From positions 568,974,001 through 569,038,000 of the forward strand of contig NW_027362765.1 in the NCBI RefSeq assembly GCF_046119375.1: a stretch of 64,000 nucleotides of DNA. The letters run 5' to 3'. The position numbers were made by a program, and so were the translations under genes. Shown piece by piece: positions 48,894 to 62,090 of this stretch. Numbering within the stretch: the stretch's first letter is position 1; every line of letters starts with the position of its first letter. The notes beneath the pieces were generated by a model. It saw nothing but the letters and a program-made list of their open reading frames with translations. It ran no database searches and was not told the DNA's origin. Source of the DNA: Phyllobates terribilis (taxonomy: Eukaryota).

Positions 48894-49995
48894 CTTAAAA
48901 ATATGAAGGAAATATTAAGAATTTCACTCTCCCAGACACCTCTTCACCCCCTCCCCAAATAGTATTTGTCAGAAGGGCTGACACTTCGGCCAGTGGCTTC
49001 TATGCAAATTAACACATGCAGAAGTGGCTAAGAGGCAGATGCCAGTACAAAGAGAGGTGACAAACCCAATTAACATGGGAGTGTGTTTTCCAGTGACACA
49101 TACCTGTGATAAATTTACACCTGGGTGAGGAGGACACAGCTCCTTAAGTTCAAACATTACTTACAATAACCAGGACAATTCCCGGCTGCAATCTCCAGGA
49201 TTTTTGGCATAGACATTAAATATGGAATATCTGAAGTTCCATACGTCCGATAATAATGGGGCCCATATTTTTAGTGGCAGGGTCTGACAAGGAACAATAC
49301 GCATCTTCTTCCGTAGCTGTATGTCCTTCCGGCGAGCTGTGGCGCGAATGTACTAGAATAACAGACCACAGCTGTACCATGTGTAGTTTCTAAGGAAAGA
49401 TAAATTCATAATGGAATATATGGTATCACTTTGGGGTTTCTACGATCAACCAGCAATAAGTTATCCCAGAAGTTAGAGATTCTAATAAAAATATGAAGGC
49501 TGGAGCCCACCTCACGTGAGGTCATCGCAGGGGGTGTGTGGGCAGGTCTCCCCCTTCGACATAAAAGACACAGCTGGATGGGGGGGGCATTATTCATTGT
49601 CAGGGATATAGATTCTTTAAGCAAAGGATCACATTCGATAACGGTCAAATTGGGGTGCCCCCCCTCCATCTATATGGAATCATCTCTGTTATCTTTATAG
49701 TAAGTTCTTCTTTAATCCTGTTTATTTTGTGTGACTGTATATTCTGTACTGTAAATGTCCATTTGTAAAATCTTTGTATATTTTTATAAACACTGCCTCT
49801 CTTTTGGATTAAGTCATGAAGCTGGCAGTGACCGTACAAGGCATATACACATATTCCATGCGTTGGAATCCGAAGGTGTGTATTCCATATGCATTTTGCT
49901 CGCTTGACGTCAGCTACATAGCGAGTAATTGGGATCGTGTACTCGCGAATCCCTGCGAAATGACGGCAGCGGTGGGATCACTAACATCCCTGACA
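48894..49995 (+). mobile_element. Possible solo LTR interrupting the 44-bp array
   Basis: The array stops at 48893 and resumes near 49996; CATAAAAG box; tRNA-Leu PBS-like CGGCAGCGGTGGGAT at 49964-49978. Confidence 0.4.
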
Positions 49996-50659
49996 TGTGT
50001 GACCCCGCTCTCCTCTGTCCACTTCTATGGGAGCAGTGGTGTAATGTAATAGACAATAAATACATGGTCTGTTATCTCTGTATAAGGCTCCTGCAGAGAC
50101 TTACACTGATATAGCAGAGCTGAACCAGTGATCAGAGCACAGCAGAGTTATGATTAGTGTTGAGCCACCCCCGTAGTGTTCGAGTTCGGTTCGGTTCGTC
50201 GAACACCCGTGTGTTTGTCGAACTGTTCGTCGAACTGTTCGTCAAACACCTTCGAACACCGTTAAAACCAATGGCAGGCAAACAAAAACACATAGAAACA
50301 CATAGAAAACACCTTCAAAGGTGTCCAAAAGCTGACAAACTGCTCTGAAGACACAACTAACACATGGAAAAGTGACAAGTACATATAGTCATGCGAAAAA
50401 AAAAGAGGTGGAGGAGTAAAAGGAGGGGGAGACACAGATATAGGCATGTCATGCCCTTCTAAAATCCAAAAAGTGAGAAGCCGACACGTTCAGTCCGCTC
50501 CTGCCCGTGCCACCTCCGTGTCGCCGGGTTTGTGCCAGAGCCGCGGTGAACCCTGACGGCCAGCCCCCCTCTCCCAATACTGGTGCCTGTCCGCTGGTGG
50601 GTCGAGCGAGCCCCCCTGTGGTGGAGGCAGCTCTAAGCTTTTTAATTTAAATTGTCTCT

Positions 50660-50925
50660 CTAATTTGAATGAATACACTTTAAATCCATTTACAAGGATC
50701 TATTGGAGGGCAAGTCTCATGCCAGCAGCCGCGTAATTCCAGCTCCAGTAGCGTCCACTAAAGCTGCTGCAGTTAAAAAGCTTTTATAAGGATCGAGCTC
50801 GGCTGTCCACCGCAAGGCATCCTACTGCCAGTCCCAGCCCCTATGCCTTGGGGTGCCTCCTGATGCTCTTCACTGAGTATCCCGTGGTCCCGAAGCATTT
50901 CCTTTGAAAAAATTAAGTGTCAAAA
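50660..50925 (+). pseudogene. 18S rRNA fragment (copy B)
   Basis: Same segment as 26235-26496, read in 18S sense on the + strand. Confidence 0.9.
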
Positions 50926-51196
50926 CTACAGGTGGTATAGCTTGCTTAACAGCCGGGATAATCCGCTGACTAGCAGACACTGCTACTAGGCACAAAGTAT
51001 TTTCTGGGCTAGATGCAGTTAAAAATTTGTAATTAGATACTCTCGTTGGATGCTGAGAAAGCATTCCATAGAGTCTCCTGGCACGCCATATATGATTCTC
51101 TTAAAAAGCTTGGGGTAGGGGTCTAGGGGACCCTTTTATAGCCAAAATCACGGCCCTGTATCGCAATACGTCACCTAGGCTGAAGATAAATGGAAC

Positions 51197-52348
51197 TGTA
51201 TTACCCTGAGGGCTCGGTTGCTACAGAGGTATTGCACCTCACCCAGAGGTGTGATATCTCACTCTCAGGTAAGGATGGAGTGTGGATCAGGACCCGACAC
51301 CTGCATGCATTACACCACATTGCCGTGGGGCAGGGCGACCAATATGCCCCTGAGATGGGCACGACAGTCCCTGTCCCTGGCTGGAGTGGGGGGAGGGAAC
51401 ACTGAGGAAGGGGAACCCTGTAGTGCAGGAGCAGGGAGGAAGCAGTTCCTGGGTGCATTGAGAAGGGAGTATAAAAGGTTGGCACCATCTTAGTTCAGTG
51501 CAGAGAAGTCTGAGCAGAAGTGGCAGGGAGCAGGGGCTCTGCATGAGCTCTGCTCCGGAGGCGGGCCTAGTAACAGAGGCCCAGGCCTGGAAGAGGGAGA
51601 AGGAAGGAAGAGGAGTGGAGAAGGCTCCAGGAACGAGGAATGAAGGGATCCCATGGGTGCGGACGGGCGAGTCGCCACCGCACACCCGAATCCACCTGCG
51701 TGGAGGGGTCAGGCCAAAGGGGGAGACCGGTCCCCAAAACTAGTGGAGGCAGGAAATGACCCTCAGCTAGAAACAGGAGGCTGTGACATTTTATGTGGTG
51801 CAGCCCCTCGCTACACCCGCTAGGAAGGCACCACATAGGGTCAGGGAAACTGGCGCCAAGTTTACCAAGAGGAGGCCCGAGGCAGCCGGACAGAAGGGTT
51901 GGTAAGAAAGGCCAGACAAAGGACACACAAAGGGGGCCCTGTGAAGCGCTCCAAAGTTATCTGGGAGTTGTCTGAGCCCCTCACCTGGTGAGCACAGTAC
52001 GACATGGGCAGCCGTTACCTGCAGACGTGGTCTGGATAATAAGAACTGTGAGTAAAGGCCCTGGACTGCATCACTGACTCCGTGTCGTTACTGCTGCTGC
52101 CCTGCACCATCACCCCCATCCTCCGCATACACTGCCCTGAGGCTATACTCCTCCCGTGGGGAGTTATGCTACGCTCTGCTGCACCCACAACACCAGCCTC
52201 AGCGGTCTGCCCTGGAGCGGCGGTTCACTCTGACCGCAATCCATGGGTGGCGTAGTCGGACATTTAAACATCAAAACCACATAAATAGTTCCGCCACTGG
52301 TTTGACCGCCCTGAGCCATGGAACCGGGTCGCCGCCACGGAGACTACA
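51197..52348 (+). mobile_element. Solo-type LTR (copy B)
   Basis: TGTATTACCCTGAGGG...GACTACA; 1152 bp, same length as in copy A. Confidence 0.75.
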
Positions 52349-52407
52349 ACCACCAGCATCCACCAAAAAGGGTCCGGATCCGGGTGTCCCAAGGCCCAGG
52401 GGGCGCG

Positions 52408-52860
52408 TCAGAACATTTTCATCACCTTTCACAATCACCAATGGGACAAGGCAGGGATGTTCTCTGTCCCCTCTCTTATACATCCTAGTGACGGAGCACC
52501 TGCTCTCATCAATTCGCCATAACCCCAATATTAGGTGGATTGAGGTGGGAGGCACCGATTACAAGTGCTCTCTATTTGCTGATGATGTCCTAGTATATAT
52601 CACTCAATCACATATATCCATCCATGCTGTTATGGCTGAAATAGATCACTTTGTTACATGGTCAAATTTTAAAATCAATGCAGCGAAGTCTGAGGCCCTC
52701 GATGTCTCCCTCCCCAAATCCATATAGGATTCCATCCAGTCCAACTTTCCCTTTGCCTGGCCCTCACAGGGTATCAAATACTTAGGAATTCCTATTCATA
52801 GAGACCTCTCCCATCTATGTTATCTTAATTTTGGGCCCTTTATTGAACAACTCCATACAG
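52408..52860 (+). pseudogene. L1 RT fragment (copy B)
   Basis: GTRQGCSLSP...LFADDV motifs. Confidence 0.88.
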
Positions 52861-52932
52861 ACCACGGTTGGCAAGTTAGAACTGTAAGATTCACTACGTG
52901 AACCACTGGTGTTTTGTGGAAAAGCACATGTA

Positions 52933-54300
52933 CACTGTGTTCCAAATTATTATGCATAAAGTGTTTAGGAGTGATAAGGGAAGAATTTGTTTGTTTGTCA
53001 GTTAAACTCATTGATGGTGTTGTGTGTCAGGGCTCTTTATATCACTGTAAGCAATTGCAGATACCTGTGCTAATTAGTTTGGCAGGTGTGTCCAATGAAA
53101 GGCAAGACTACTTAAGAAGGCTGTCTCACATTATTAAGCAGCCTACATTTTCTGCCAAAATGGGAAAGAAAAAGGATGTGTCGGCTGCTGAGAAGCAACA
53201 AATTGTGGAGTGTTTAGGTCAAGGCATGACTACAATCAACATTGTGCGATGATCAGGATGAAGTGTCTTGGCAATCAAGAAGTATGTAGCTGATTCACAG
53301 TACACACGTGTGCGTGCTGATAAGGGCAAATTGAGGACTCTTTCCTACAGGCAATTACGTCAGGTTAAAAGAGCAGCGGCAAAAAAGCCTTGTCATAGCA
53401 GCAGACAAGTTTTTGAAGCTGCTGGTGCCTCCAACGTCCCCTGAACAACAAGATGCAGGGTCCTTCAGAGGTTTGCAGCTGTGCATACGCCATCCTGTCG
53501 ACCTCCTCTATCCACTTCACACAAGCAGAAACGGTTCCAGTGGGCCAAACATTACATGAAGACTGATTTCAAAACTGTTTTGTTCACGGATGAGTGCCGT
53601 GCAGCGCTCGATGGTCCAGATGGATGGAGTGGAGGATGGCTGGTTGATGGACACCCCACGCAAACACGGCTACAGCGCCAACAAGGAGGAGGTGGAGTAA
53701 TGTTTTGGGCTGGAATCATGGGGAGAGAGATTGTCGGCCCCTTTAGCATCCCTGAAGGCGCTAAAGATGAACTCCATAATGTATGTGGATTTTCTCAAAC
53801 AGCACTTCCTGCCATGGTTCAAGAAGAAGAACCGTATATTTCACAGCAAGATCATTTTTTTGCATGATAATGCACCATCTCATGCTGCACATAAAACATT
53901 TGCATCTCTGGCTGATATGGGCATAAAAGGGGACAAACTTATGGTGTGACCCCCATGCTCCCCTGACCTCTACCCCATTCAGAACCTCTGGAGCATCATC
54001 AAAAGGAGTGTCTATGATGGCGGGAGGCAGTTCACATCTAAGCAACAGCTCTGGGAGGGTATTCTGTCCTCATGCAAAACAATTGAAGCAGAAACCATTC
54101 AAAACCTGACAAATTCAATGGACGAGACAGTTCAGAAGCTCCTTTCGAACAAGGGGTCCTATGTGAAAATGTAACATCACCTAGAATAAAGTTTTGAGTT
54201 GAAAACTGTTTGATTTCAGTTTCTAATAACCTGCTAATGCTTATAATTTCAAAAATGACCATTTTTTTGGTCTTTATTAAAATGAAAAGTTTGATCGAAA
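52933..54300 (+). mobile_element. Tc1 element (copy B); disabled transposase ~53160-54174
   Basis: TA|CACTGTGTTCCAAATTATTATGCA; FTDE, HDNAPSH and SPDLYPIQNLW; stops and frameshifts. Confidence 0.88.
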
Positions 54301-54631
54301 AGTTTGGGGGATCTAAGAGTGTGGCAACCCAGTAGTCATGATTACTTCGAATTCTGACAATATGAGGGTCATGTTGCAGGTAGTGCAGCAAGAAGGCACT
54401 TATGTGTCTTGCGCATCTCGGAGCCCCAAAATTATTTTCCGGGCTAGATGCAGCTAAAAATTATTATTAATTTTAAATCTGGTGGAGCTTAGTATAGATG
54501 GCCTAATAGGATCAGTGCTGCACACTGCTACAAAGCCCAAATTATTTTCCAGCCAAGATACAGATAAACATGATTAGTAATTTGAAAGCTTAAAACGGTT
54601 GGTAGGGTGATTTTAACCAATCATCCATCTT

Positions 54632-57600
54632 TTACTCTCCCCAGGATGACACAGGGGTAGAAAAGTCGTTTCGGATCCATGATTTGTTCATCTTTATGAA
54701 CGTGAGTCTGTCTACATTATCAGTGGAGAGCCGCGTGCGCTTATCTGTCAGCACACCACCAGCAGCGCTGAACACACGTTCAGACAGAACGCTGGCTGCG
54801 GGGCATGACAAGATCTCCAAGGCGTAAGTGGCTAGCTCCGGCCATTTATCCAGATTGGAAGCCCAAAAAGAGCAAGGGTCCAGTGACACAGTCATGGCTT
54901 CAATGTTTACTTGGAGATACTCCTGTACCATCGTCTCTAGGCGTTGACTACGTGTCAGACTTCTTGTCTCCTGTGGCCTTGCAAAGGATGGGCTAAAAAA
55001 GTGGTGAAATGATTTCGCAAAATTGATGTTACCAGCAGATACTGTGTTATGGTTTGAGTGCTGAACACTTGACGGTCCCACGGTTGGCAAGTTGGAACTG
55101 TGAGATTCACTACGTGCACCACTGGTGTTTTGTGGAAAAGCATATGTAAGATTCTGCAACAGTCTCTGCTGATACTCCTGCATGCGTGCATCCCTTTCTA
55201 TGGCAGGAATAATTTCTGCAAATTTACTTTTGTACCGGGGATCTAACAGTGTGGCAACCCAGTAGTCAGGATTATTTCTAATTCTCACAATTCGAGGGTC
55301 ATGTTGCAGGTAGTGCAGCAAGAAGGCACTCATGTGTGTTGCGCATCCAGGAGCACCAAGTCCCTGTTGTGTTGGTGGCGAGGTAACAATCATGCTTCCT
55401 TCCTCTGTCCTCTCCCCCCAACCTCGCACAACAGAAATGTGATCAAGGTCTCCCTCATCTGATGAGTCTTCCATCAGTTCGTCCTCCACTTCTTCCTGGG
55501 CTCCTGCACCTTCCTCACTAGTTTGGCTGCTACCATGCGCCCTGGTAAAACCATCTCCCCCACCCTCACATGCCTGCCACCTTGGTGCTGCCGACCGTCT
55601 GGACCTTGCAGATGTTAGCCCTTCCGCATACAACTCCTCCTCCTCTACTTCCTCCACCTCCTCTTGTGCCACCACCTGACTTCGAATTCTGTTTAACATG
55701 TGCTCCAGCATGTAAATCAACGGAATATTCATGCTGATAATGGCATCGTCAGCACTAAACATCTTCGTCGCCATTTCAAAACTGTGCAGAAGGGTGTATA
55801 GGTCCCTGATCTGAGACCACTCCTCCAGCGTGATTTGCCCCACGTCTGGATCTCGTTGGCCCAGGCTATACGTCAGAACGTATTGCACCAGGGCTTGTCG
55901 GTGCTGCCACAGTCGCTGCAACATGTGCAGAGTTGAATTCCACCGGGTAGGCACATCGCATTTTAGCCGGTGAAGTGGCAGGCCCAACGACTTCTGTAGA
56001 GATGTAAGTCGCTGAGCTGCGGGATGCGAACGGCGGAAGTGAGCACACAGCGACCGTGCCCTCTGCAGAAGGCCATCTAGTCTGGGATAGTGGGCTAAAA
56101 ATTGCTGGACAACCAGGTTCAACACGTGAGCCATACAAGGCACGTGTGTGACATTGCCCCGGCGAAGGGCCGCACCCAGGTTTGCAGCATTGTCGCACAC
56201 GGCCTTCCCTGGTTTCAGGTCCAGTGGAGACAACCATTCATGAAATTGGTTCTCCAGAGCTGACCACAATTCCTCAGCTGTGTGACTCACATTTCCCAGA
56301 CATTTCAAAGTAAAAACCGCCTGATGACGTTGAGCCCTACTGCCAGCATAGTAAGGAGGTGTGCAGGATCCCTTCTGCGCAGTTAGAAAGCTTGTGGCAT
56401 GACCAGACAGGCTTTGGGTGCAGGTGGAAGACCGAGAGGAGGTTGAGCAGGCAGAAGCAGTGGAGGAACTTTGACATAAAGAGGATTGACGCACAACTCG
56501 TGGGGACGGTAAGACTTGGACAGCAGCCCCTTGTCCTGCTGTCACCATAGTTACCCAGTGCCCAGTCAGCGACATGTAACGCCCCTGTCCATGCCTACTC
56601 GTCCAAGTGTCTGTGGTGAAATGCACCCTGTCACACACAGAGTTTCTCAAAGAAGCGGTGATGTTGTGTGCGACATGCTGGTGGAGCGCAGGCACACCTT
56701 TCTTTGAGAAGTAGTGCCGACTGGGCATCTGGTACTGGGGCACTGCGACGGACATAAGGTCTCGAAAATCCTCTGTGTCCACCAGGCGGAAAGGCAGCAT
56801 TTCTGTAGCCAAGAGCTTGCAGATGGTGAAATTCAACCTCTTAGCTTTCTCATGGCTAGGAGGAAATTGTCTTTTACTTGTCCACATCTGAGGGACCGAG
56901 GGCTGGCTATTGTGCTTAGACGGGGTTGATAAGGGTGTCCCCGGCAAACTGCCGGTCTGTTAGGAAGATGCAGGCGGACATGTTAGGCTGCCTTGATCCA
57001 AAGGTGGTGCTATCGATGTCGGACAGCGCTCAACACCAGCTGGTGTTACCACCTCCAAAGAAAATGATGACCTTCCAATCACGCTGGCTGTTGCGGGTAA
57101 AGAGGTGGCAGGTCTGCGCCCCAAAACAGGTGTGACTGCTGTCCCCCCAGTCACAGAGGATGAAGAGGCCGCGGATGCACAAGATATGGCAGACGGTGGA
57201 TGGCCCGGCCCGCTAGGCCGCATTGTAGCACACTGAGCTTCCCACTGCAACTTATGCTTCATGTCCATGTGCCGGTTCATGCATGAAGTACTCAAACTAT
57301 GTATTTTTTGGCCTCTACTTAGCTTTTGCTGACAAATGTTACAGATAACACGAGTTGGGTCATCTTTATCGATCTGAAAAAATGCCCAGGCTATGCAAGG
57401 CTTAACACCCATGCGACCTGAAGAGCCACCACGACTTGTGGTGAGAGGCAGAGTTGTGTTTGAGGATGCAGTTGTTGACGTGCTTCCAGTACTACGTCTC
57501 TGTCCAGGAAGGCGCAACCTGACCTCGTCGTCACTAGCATCTTCCTCCACCTCCTCTGCTGACCTCATCTCTTGGCTGACTGTGGGTTGACAGTAAGTGG

Positions 57601-58327
57601 GATCTCCAACCTCATCATCATCACCCTGTGCGTTATCACACCCGTCGTCCTCAGAGCCAACCTGTTCCTGCCCTAACAAAAAACTAAAGTTGTCGCTACA
57701 ATCAGGTATTTGAGTCTCTTCATCGTCATCCTCATTGTCTCCACCAACAGGAGTTACAGTTTGGGAATGAGGGTCTACATTATGGTCAGAACCTTCTGCG
57801 TCTGGTCCTGGATCCGACTCATAAAGATTCTGGGCATCAGTGCAGATCATTTCCTCGTCTGGATTCACAGAAGCGCTGGAGTTGACCTCTGATTCCCAGG
57901 CTATAGTATGAGTAAACAGCTCTGCAGACTCAACCATCTGTTCTAACTCATACTCAGACGGGCAGCTGGAGATTTGGGAGCTGTGAGGAAGCAAGTGCGA
58001 TTGGGGTGACACCTTTGAGGACTGGAGTATTTGTGATGTTGAAGTTGATGTGAAGGAGAGCCCACTTAAAGGAGCACTTGATATCCGTTGAAGCACCTGC
58101 TGTTTTTGTGCCTCATCTGGAATTTGTAGCGATTGGCGTGGCCGTAAGAAAGGGATCTTATCACATTGTCCGCTAAAAGAAGTAGACATTTTAGTTTGGC
58201 TGGAAGATGGTCTTTCTTCTGCAGATGTTACTGTTGCTTTAACACCTACCCCACGGACACAACCTTTTTTCCCCTTCCCAACACGCCTATTCCCCTTTCC
58301 ACCAGCAGCAGGCCTTTTTCCACTCAT
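54632..58327 (-). pseudogene. hAT transposase, 1231 codons, interrupted by a single stop
   Basis: ORFs 56960-58327 and 54632-56947 are in frame; TAA at 56960-56962 where copy A has TCA; BED, D-D-E and dimerisation motifs intact. Confidence 0.93.
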
Positions 58328-58439
58328 TTTGGTGGTTAACTAATTCACAACTCTGGAGTTGTTTGCACAAAAAAACAATGGATGGGAACCGAGCAGAGCT
58401 GAGTGGCCAAACTGTGGTATTAGGCCAAAACTATTGGCT

Positions 58440-59170
58440 GGGTTAGATGCAGAAAAAAATTATATTCAATTTGCAACCTGATGGAGGTCAGTATAGATGG
58501 AGTAATAGAACAAGTCCCACACACAGCTAGCAGCCCAAATATTTTTTCAGAGCTGGATGCAGATAAAAATTATTTTTAATTTGCAACCTGATGGAGGTCA
58601 GTATAGATGGACTAATAGAGAAAGTCCCACACACTGCTAGAAGGCCAAATATTTTTTCAGAGCTAGATGCAGACAAAAAATTATTTTGAATTTGCAGCGT
58701 GATGGAGGTCAGTATAGATGGACTAATAGAACAAGTCCCACACACAGCTAGAAGCCCAAATATTTTTTCAGAGGTTGATGCAGATAAAAATTATTTTTAA
58801 TTTGCAACCTGATGGAGGTCAGTATAGATGGACTAATAGAGAAAGTCCCACACACTGCTAGAAGGCCAAATATTTTTTCAGAGCTAGATGCAGAAAAAAA
58901 TTATATTCAGTTTGCAACCTGATGGAGGTCTGTATAGATGGATTAATAGAACAAGTCCCACACACAGCTAGAAGCCCAATATTTTTTCAGAGGTAGATGC
59001 AGAAAAAAATATATTCAGTTTGCAACCTGATGGAGGTCAGTATAGATGGACTAATAGAGAAAGTCCCACACACTGCTAGAAGGCCAAATATTTTTTCAGA
59101 GCTAGATGCAGAAAAAAATTATATTCAATTTGCAACCTGATGGAGGTCAGTATAGATGGACTAATAGAAT
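58440..59170. repeat. ~110-bp VNTR, ~6-7 copies (copy B)
   Basis: Reverse complement of the 14690-18610 unit. Confidence 0.95.
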
Positions 59171-60843
59171 GATGCTATGCCCAAAAGATTTTACTTCACT
59201 AGTTGCAGTAAAAAAATTGGTATTCTATACACAGGTGGTATATCTTGCAACACAGATAGGCTACTCCACTGACTAACACACTCTGCAATAGGCCAAAAAG
59301 GATTAGCTTTGCTAGATTCAGCCAAATGCTGTGAAAAAAACTTGCACAGCACTGGCACAGACCTGCCTGGCAAAAACTGATAGGAACTGATGTAACCTAG
59401 TCCTGAAAAGGACTCCAATTACAATTAGTCTTTACTCCCACAACCTATCTATTTAAGAGCACAGACCTGCCTGATAAAAGTCGTAGGAAATGCTGTAACC
59501 TAGTCCTTAAAAGGACTGCAATCACAACTATTCCCTACTCCCAAGCTATCTGTAGATTTGTGGGAAAATTGGCTTGAAATTAACAAGGTATAGCGCACAC
59601 AGCAACAGCGGTGCCATCTAACACGCAGCTGCAGCAGTGAGAAAATGGTGGCGACGGGGAAAATGGCTTGGTCTAATAGGGCAAGGACATGTGACATACA
59701 CTGCCAATGACACATGCCCTTGCTTGTGTGAAAAAAAGCACTTCGCTCCGTGTGTGCGCTGCTGATAGCCTGACAGATTGCACCTCCCCACTGTAAATGC
59801 GGGAAAGAGAAAAAAAAATGGAGAACTTCATTATTCCTGCAGAGATCCATCCCCTGCCCCTCCCCCCACCCCGCTGTACACTCAAACTGCGTATTAACAT
59901 TAATTTTCATCATTACTGAGAAAAAATCCAGTTATGATTTTGGTGCACGAACAGTTATCGAACATAACCTCGAACAGCCAAATTTTTCTCAAATCGTTCG
60001 TGTTCGCCGAACGGCTCGAACACCGCCCAAAACATCTCGAATTTGAGATTGGCGAACAGTTCGAGTAGAACAACGCACATCTCTAGTTATGATTGTCCTT
60101 GTATGCTCTGAACACGGTGTCGGCGGGCAGTGATCAGCAGCCTGGTGTTCTACTAACGTGAGACTTTTAACACTGCTCACCGCTGCCAATACTCACCTCA
60201 TCCTAGACCTCCACATCCCGGCACCTCCTTTCACGGATGCATCTAGATTGGAGGCTCCTGTGAGGCTCCTTCCAGCAGCTCCTCTCTAAATGGCTCACTG
60301 GCGAGGTGACTAGAATGGAGCAGCTCTACTGAGGATCTCACCGGAGCTTCCACTCTAGACAGCTTAGAGCTGAGGTGGCCGGAACTGCTGGAGCAAGGTC
60401 CTGACAGGGACAGGTCTAATGTAGATGGCTCATCACTGACAGGACCAGAATGGAGGTGATTCCAGCAGCTCCCCAGACTCCATTCTAATCACCTCATTAC
60501 AGGACTGACTAGAATGGAGTCACTGCAATGTGGAGCCCAGATTATAATCAGGCGCAGGAAGTATATTGAACAGGCTTTATAAATGCTCAACAATTTTGTG
60601 GCTTTTTAATTTTTTTGGGAGTATTGCTCAAGTTTTTAATAGAGTAAACATAAAAAAAATACATTAATTTTTTTTACATTGATTTTTTTATGTATTTCTA
60701 AGGGGCAAACAATTCTGCAAAATTCAGTTTTTTTCTGATTAGCAAAACTTGTATTTTTCCTATCGCTTTTTGTAATATATATATAAAAAAAATCACACAC
60801 AGTGCTGATTGCTCAGTTTGATAGAATTTGACTTTTCCCGTCA

Positions 60844-61117
60844 GTACACAAGTCTCAGCACCACCGTCATTTTAAAGAGTGGGCTGAGCTTTGAGGGGAG
60901 GGGTGTGACAGAGCGCAACCAGCAGTCATCATAATTTACATAACAAAAGTGACGTAAATTACCACAGAATTGGAGTAATGTCACTGGAGTAAGGTTATCT
61001 TAATTTATGCCGCTTGTGTTGTAAATAAGGAAGACCATCAGCTGCGCTCCGTGACGAGCTCGCCTCTCCACAAAGCTCCTCACACTCTTCCTAATGATAG
61101 TGCTGAGACTTGTGTAC
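60844..61117. mobile_element. Small MITE-like segment
   Basis: Perfect 18-bp inverted repeat GTACACAAGTCTCAGCAC / GTGCTGAGACTTGTGTAC. Confidence 0.6.
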
Positions 61118-61189
61118 ATATGGGAAGAGTACATTTCCATCAAAACTGAACAATCAGGGCTATGTGTAACTTTTTATATTAAGAAAAGC

Positions 61190-61780
61190 AATAACAAAAA
61201 TGCAAAAACACTTTCCCACACAGCCCCTCAACATGCAGCCCCACACAAGAAACATCACCCCCATTCCCTACACAGCCCCCCATCCAGTCGCACGTGACTA
61301 TCATTATCCCATTCCCCATGCAGTCCCTCACAAGGAACATTATCCCCCTCCTCACACAGTACCCCAGCATGCATCATCACCACCTTCCCCATATAATTCC
61401 CAGCATTAAGCATCATCCCCTTCCTCGAAAAGCCCCAATATTCAGCCCTGCTCAAGTAACATCTCCCCCTTTACTGCACAGCCCCTAATCATGCAGTGTC
61501 ATTATCATCAGCCCCTTCCCCACACAGCCCGAAAGCATGCAACCTCACACAAGGAACATCAACTCTTTTCCTATGAAAGCCCCCCCAACAAATAGCCCCA
61601 TACAAGTAGAAACTGCTCCTTTCCTATGAAAGCCGCCTAATAACCAGCCACATAAAGCAGCCCCCTGTAGTAACATCATCCATGCTTCAGCAGCATCCCC
61701 TTCCCTGTGCAATCCTCCACATGCAGCCCCATGTAGTACCATCTTCCATGCTTCTTTGCCCACCAAACTACATCATCAGA
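61190..61780. repeat. Degenerate C/A-rich tandem repeat
   Basis: Recurrent ATGCAGCCCC, CACAAGGAACAT and CATCATCC motifs. Confidence 0.55.
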
Positions 61781-61804
61781 GCACTCATACTTAGTCCTTT
61801 GTAA

Positions 61805-62088
61805 AGTGTCCATTTTAGGACATGATCCGATATCAAAGAAAAACATCAGAATGATGTCAGTTTGAGGCTAAATGCCCTGCCTGAGAATTGATTTTGATAA
61901 GTGATTTTGATAAGTGACTTTGACATGTGACTTTGATAAGTGACTTTGATAAATGATTTTGGTTTCTCCAACTGAGTGTATAGATCAATTGTAAGTGCAC
62001 TGGCTTCTAGCCATAGAGTTTTGGGTTCAAGCCCCAGCAGCGAACAGTGACTTTTTTTATTATTATTAATATCCTTTCAAACCAAAAC
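61805..62088. repeat. Dispersed repeat with 13-bp units (same family as 4524-5210)
   Basis: GTGTCCATTTTAGGACATGAT start shared with 4525. Confidence 0.65.
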
Positions 62089-62090
62089 TA

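Larger units (their letters stand above)
50155..60085 (-). mobile_element. Composite hAT transposon, copy B (9.9 kb)
   Basis: Inverted collinear copy of 13776-27000; 8-bp TSD GTTATGAT at 50147-50154 and 60086-60093. Confidence 0.95.

Noticed and set aside
54632-58327. Domesticated ZBED host gene
   Set aside because: Three copies in the window, with TIRs, TSDs and independent disabling mutations.
13776-60085. Assembly artefact or segmental inverted duplication
   Set aside because: Homology stops exactly at the TIRs, each copy has its own 8-bp TSD, and the copies differ by substitutions, indels and VNTR length.
60086-60780. Possible exon or gene right of hAT copy B
   Set aside because: Short internal repeats (GACTAGAATGGAG twice) and no convincing spliced ORF; probably a decayed repeat.
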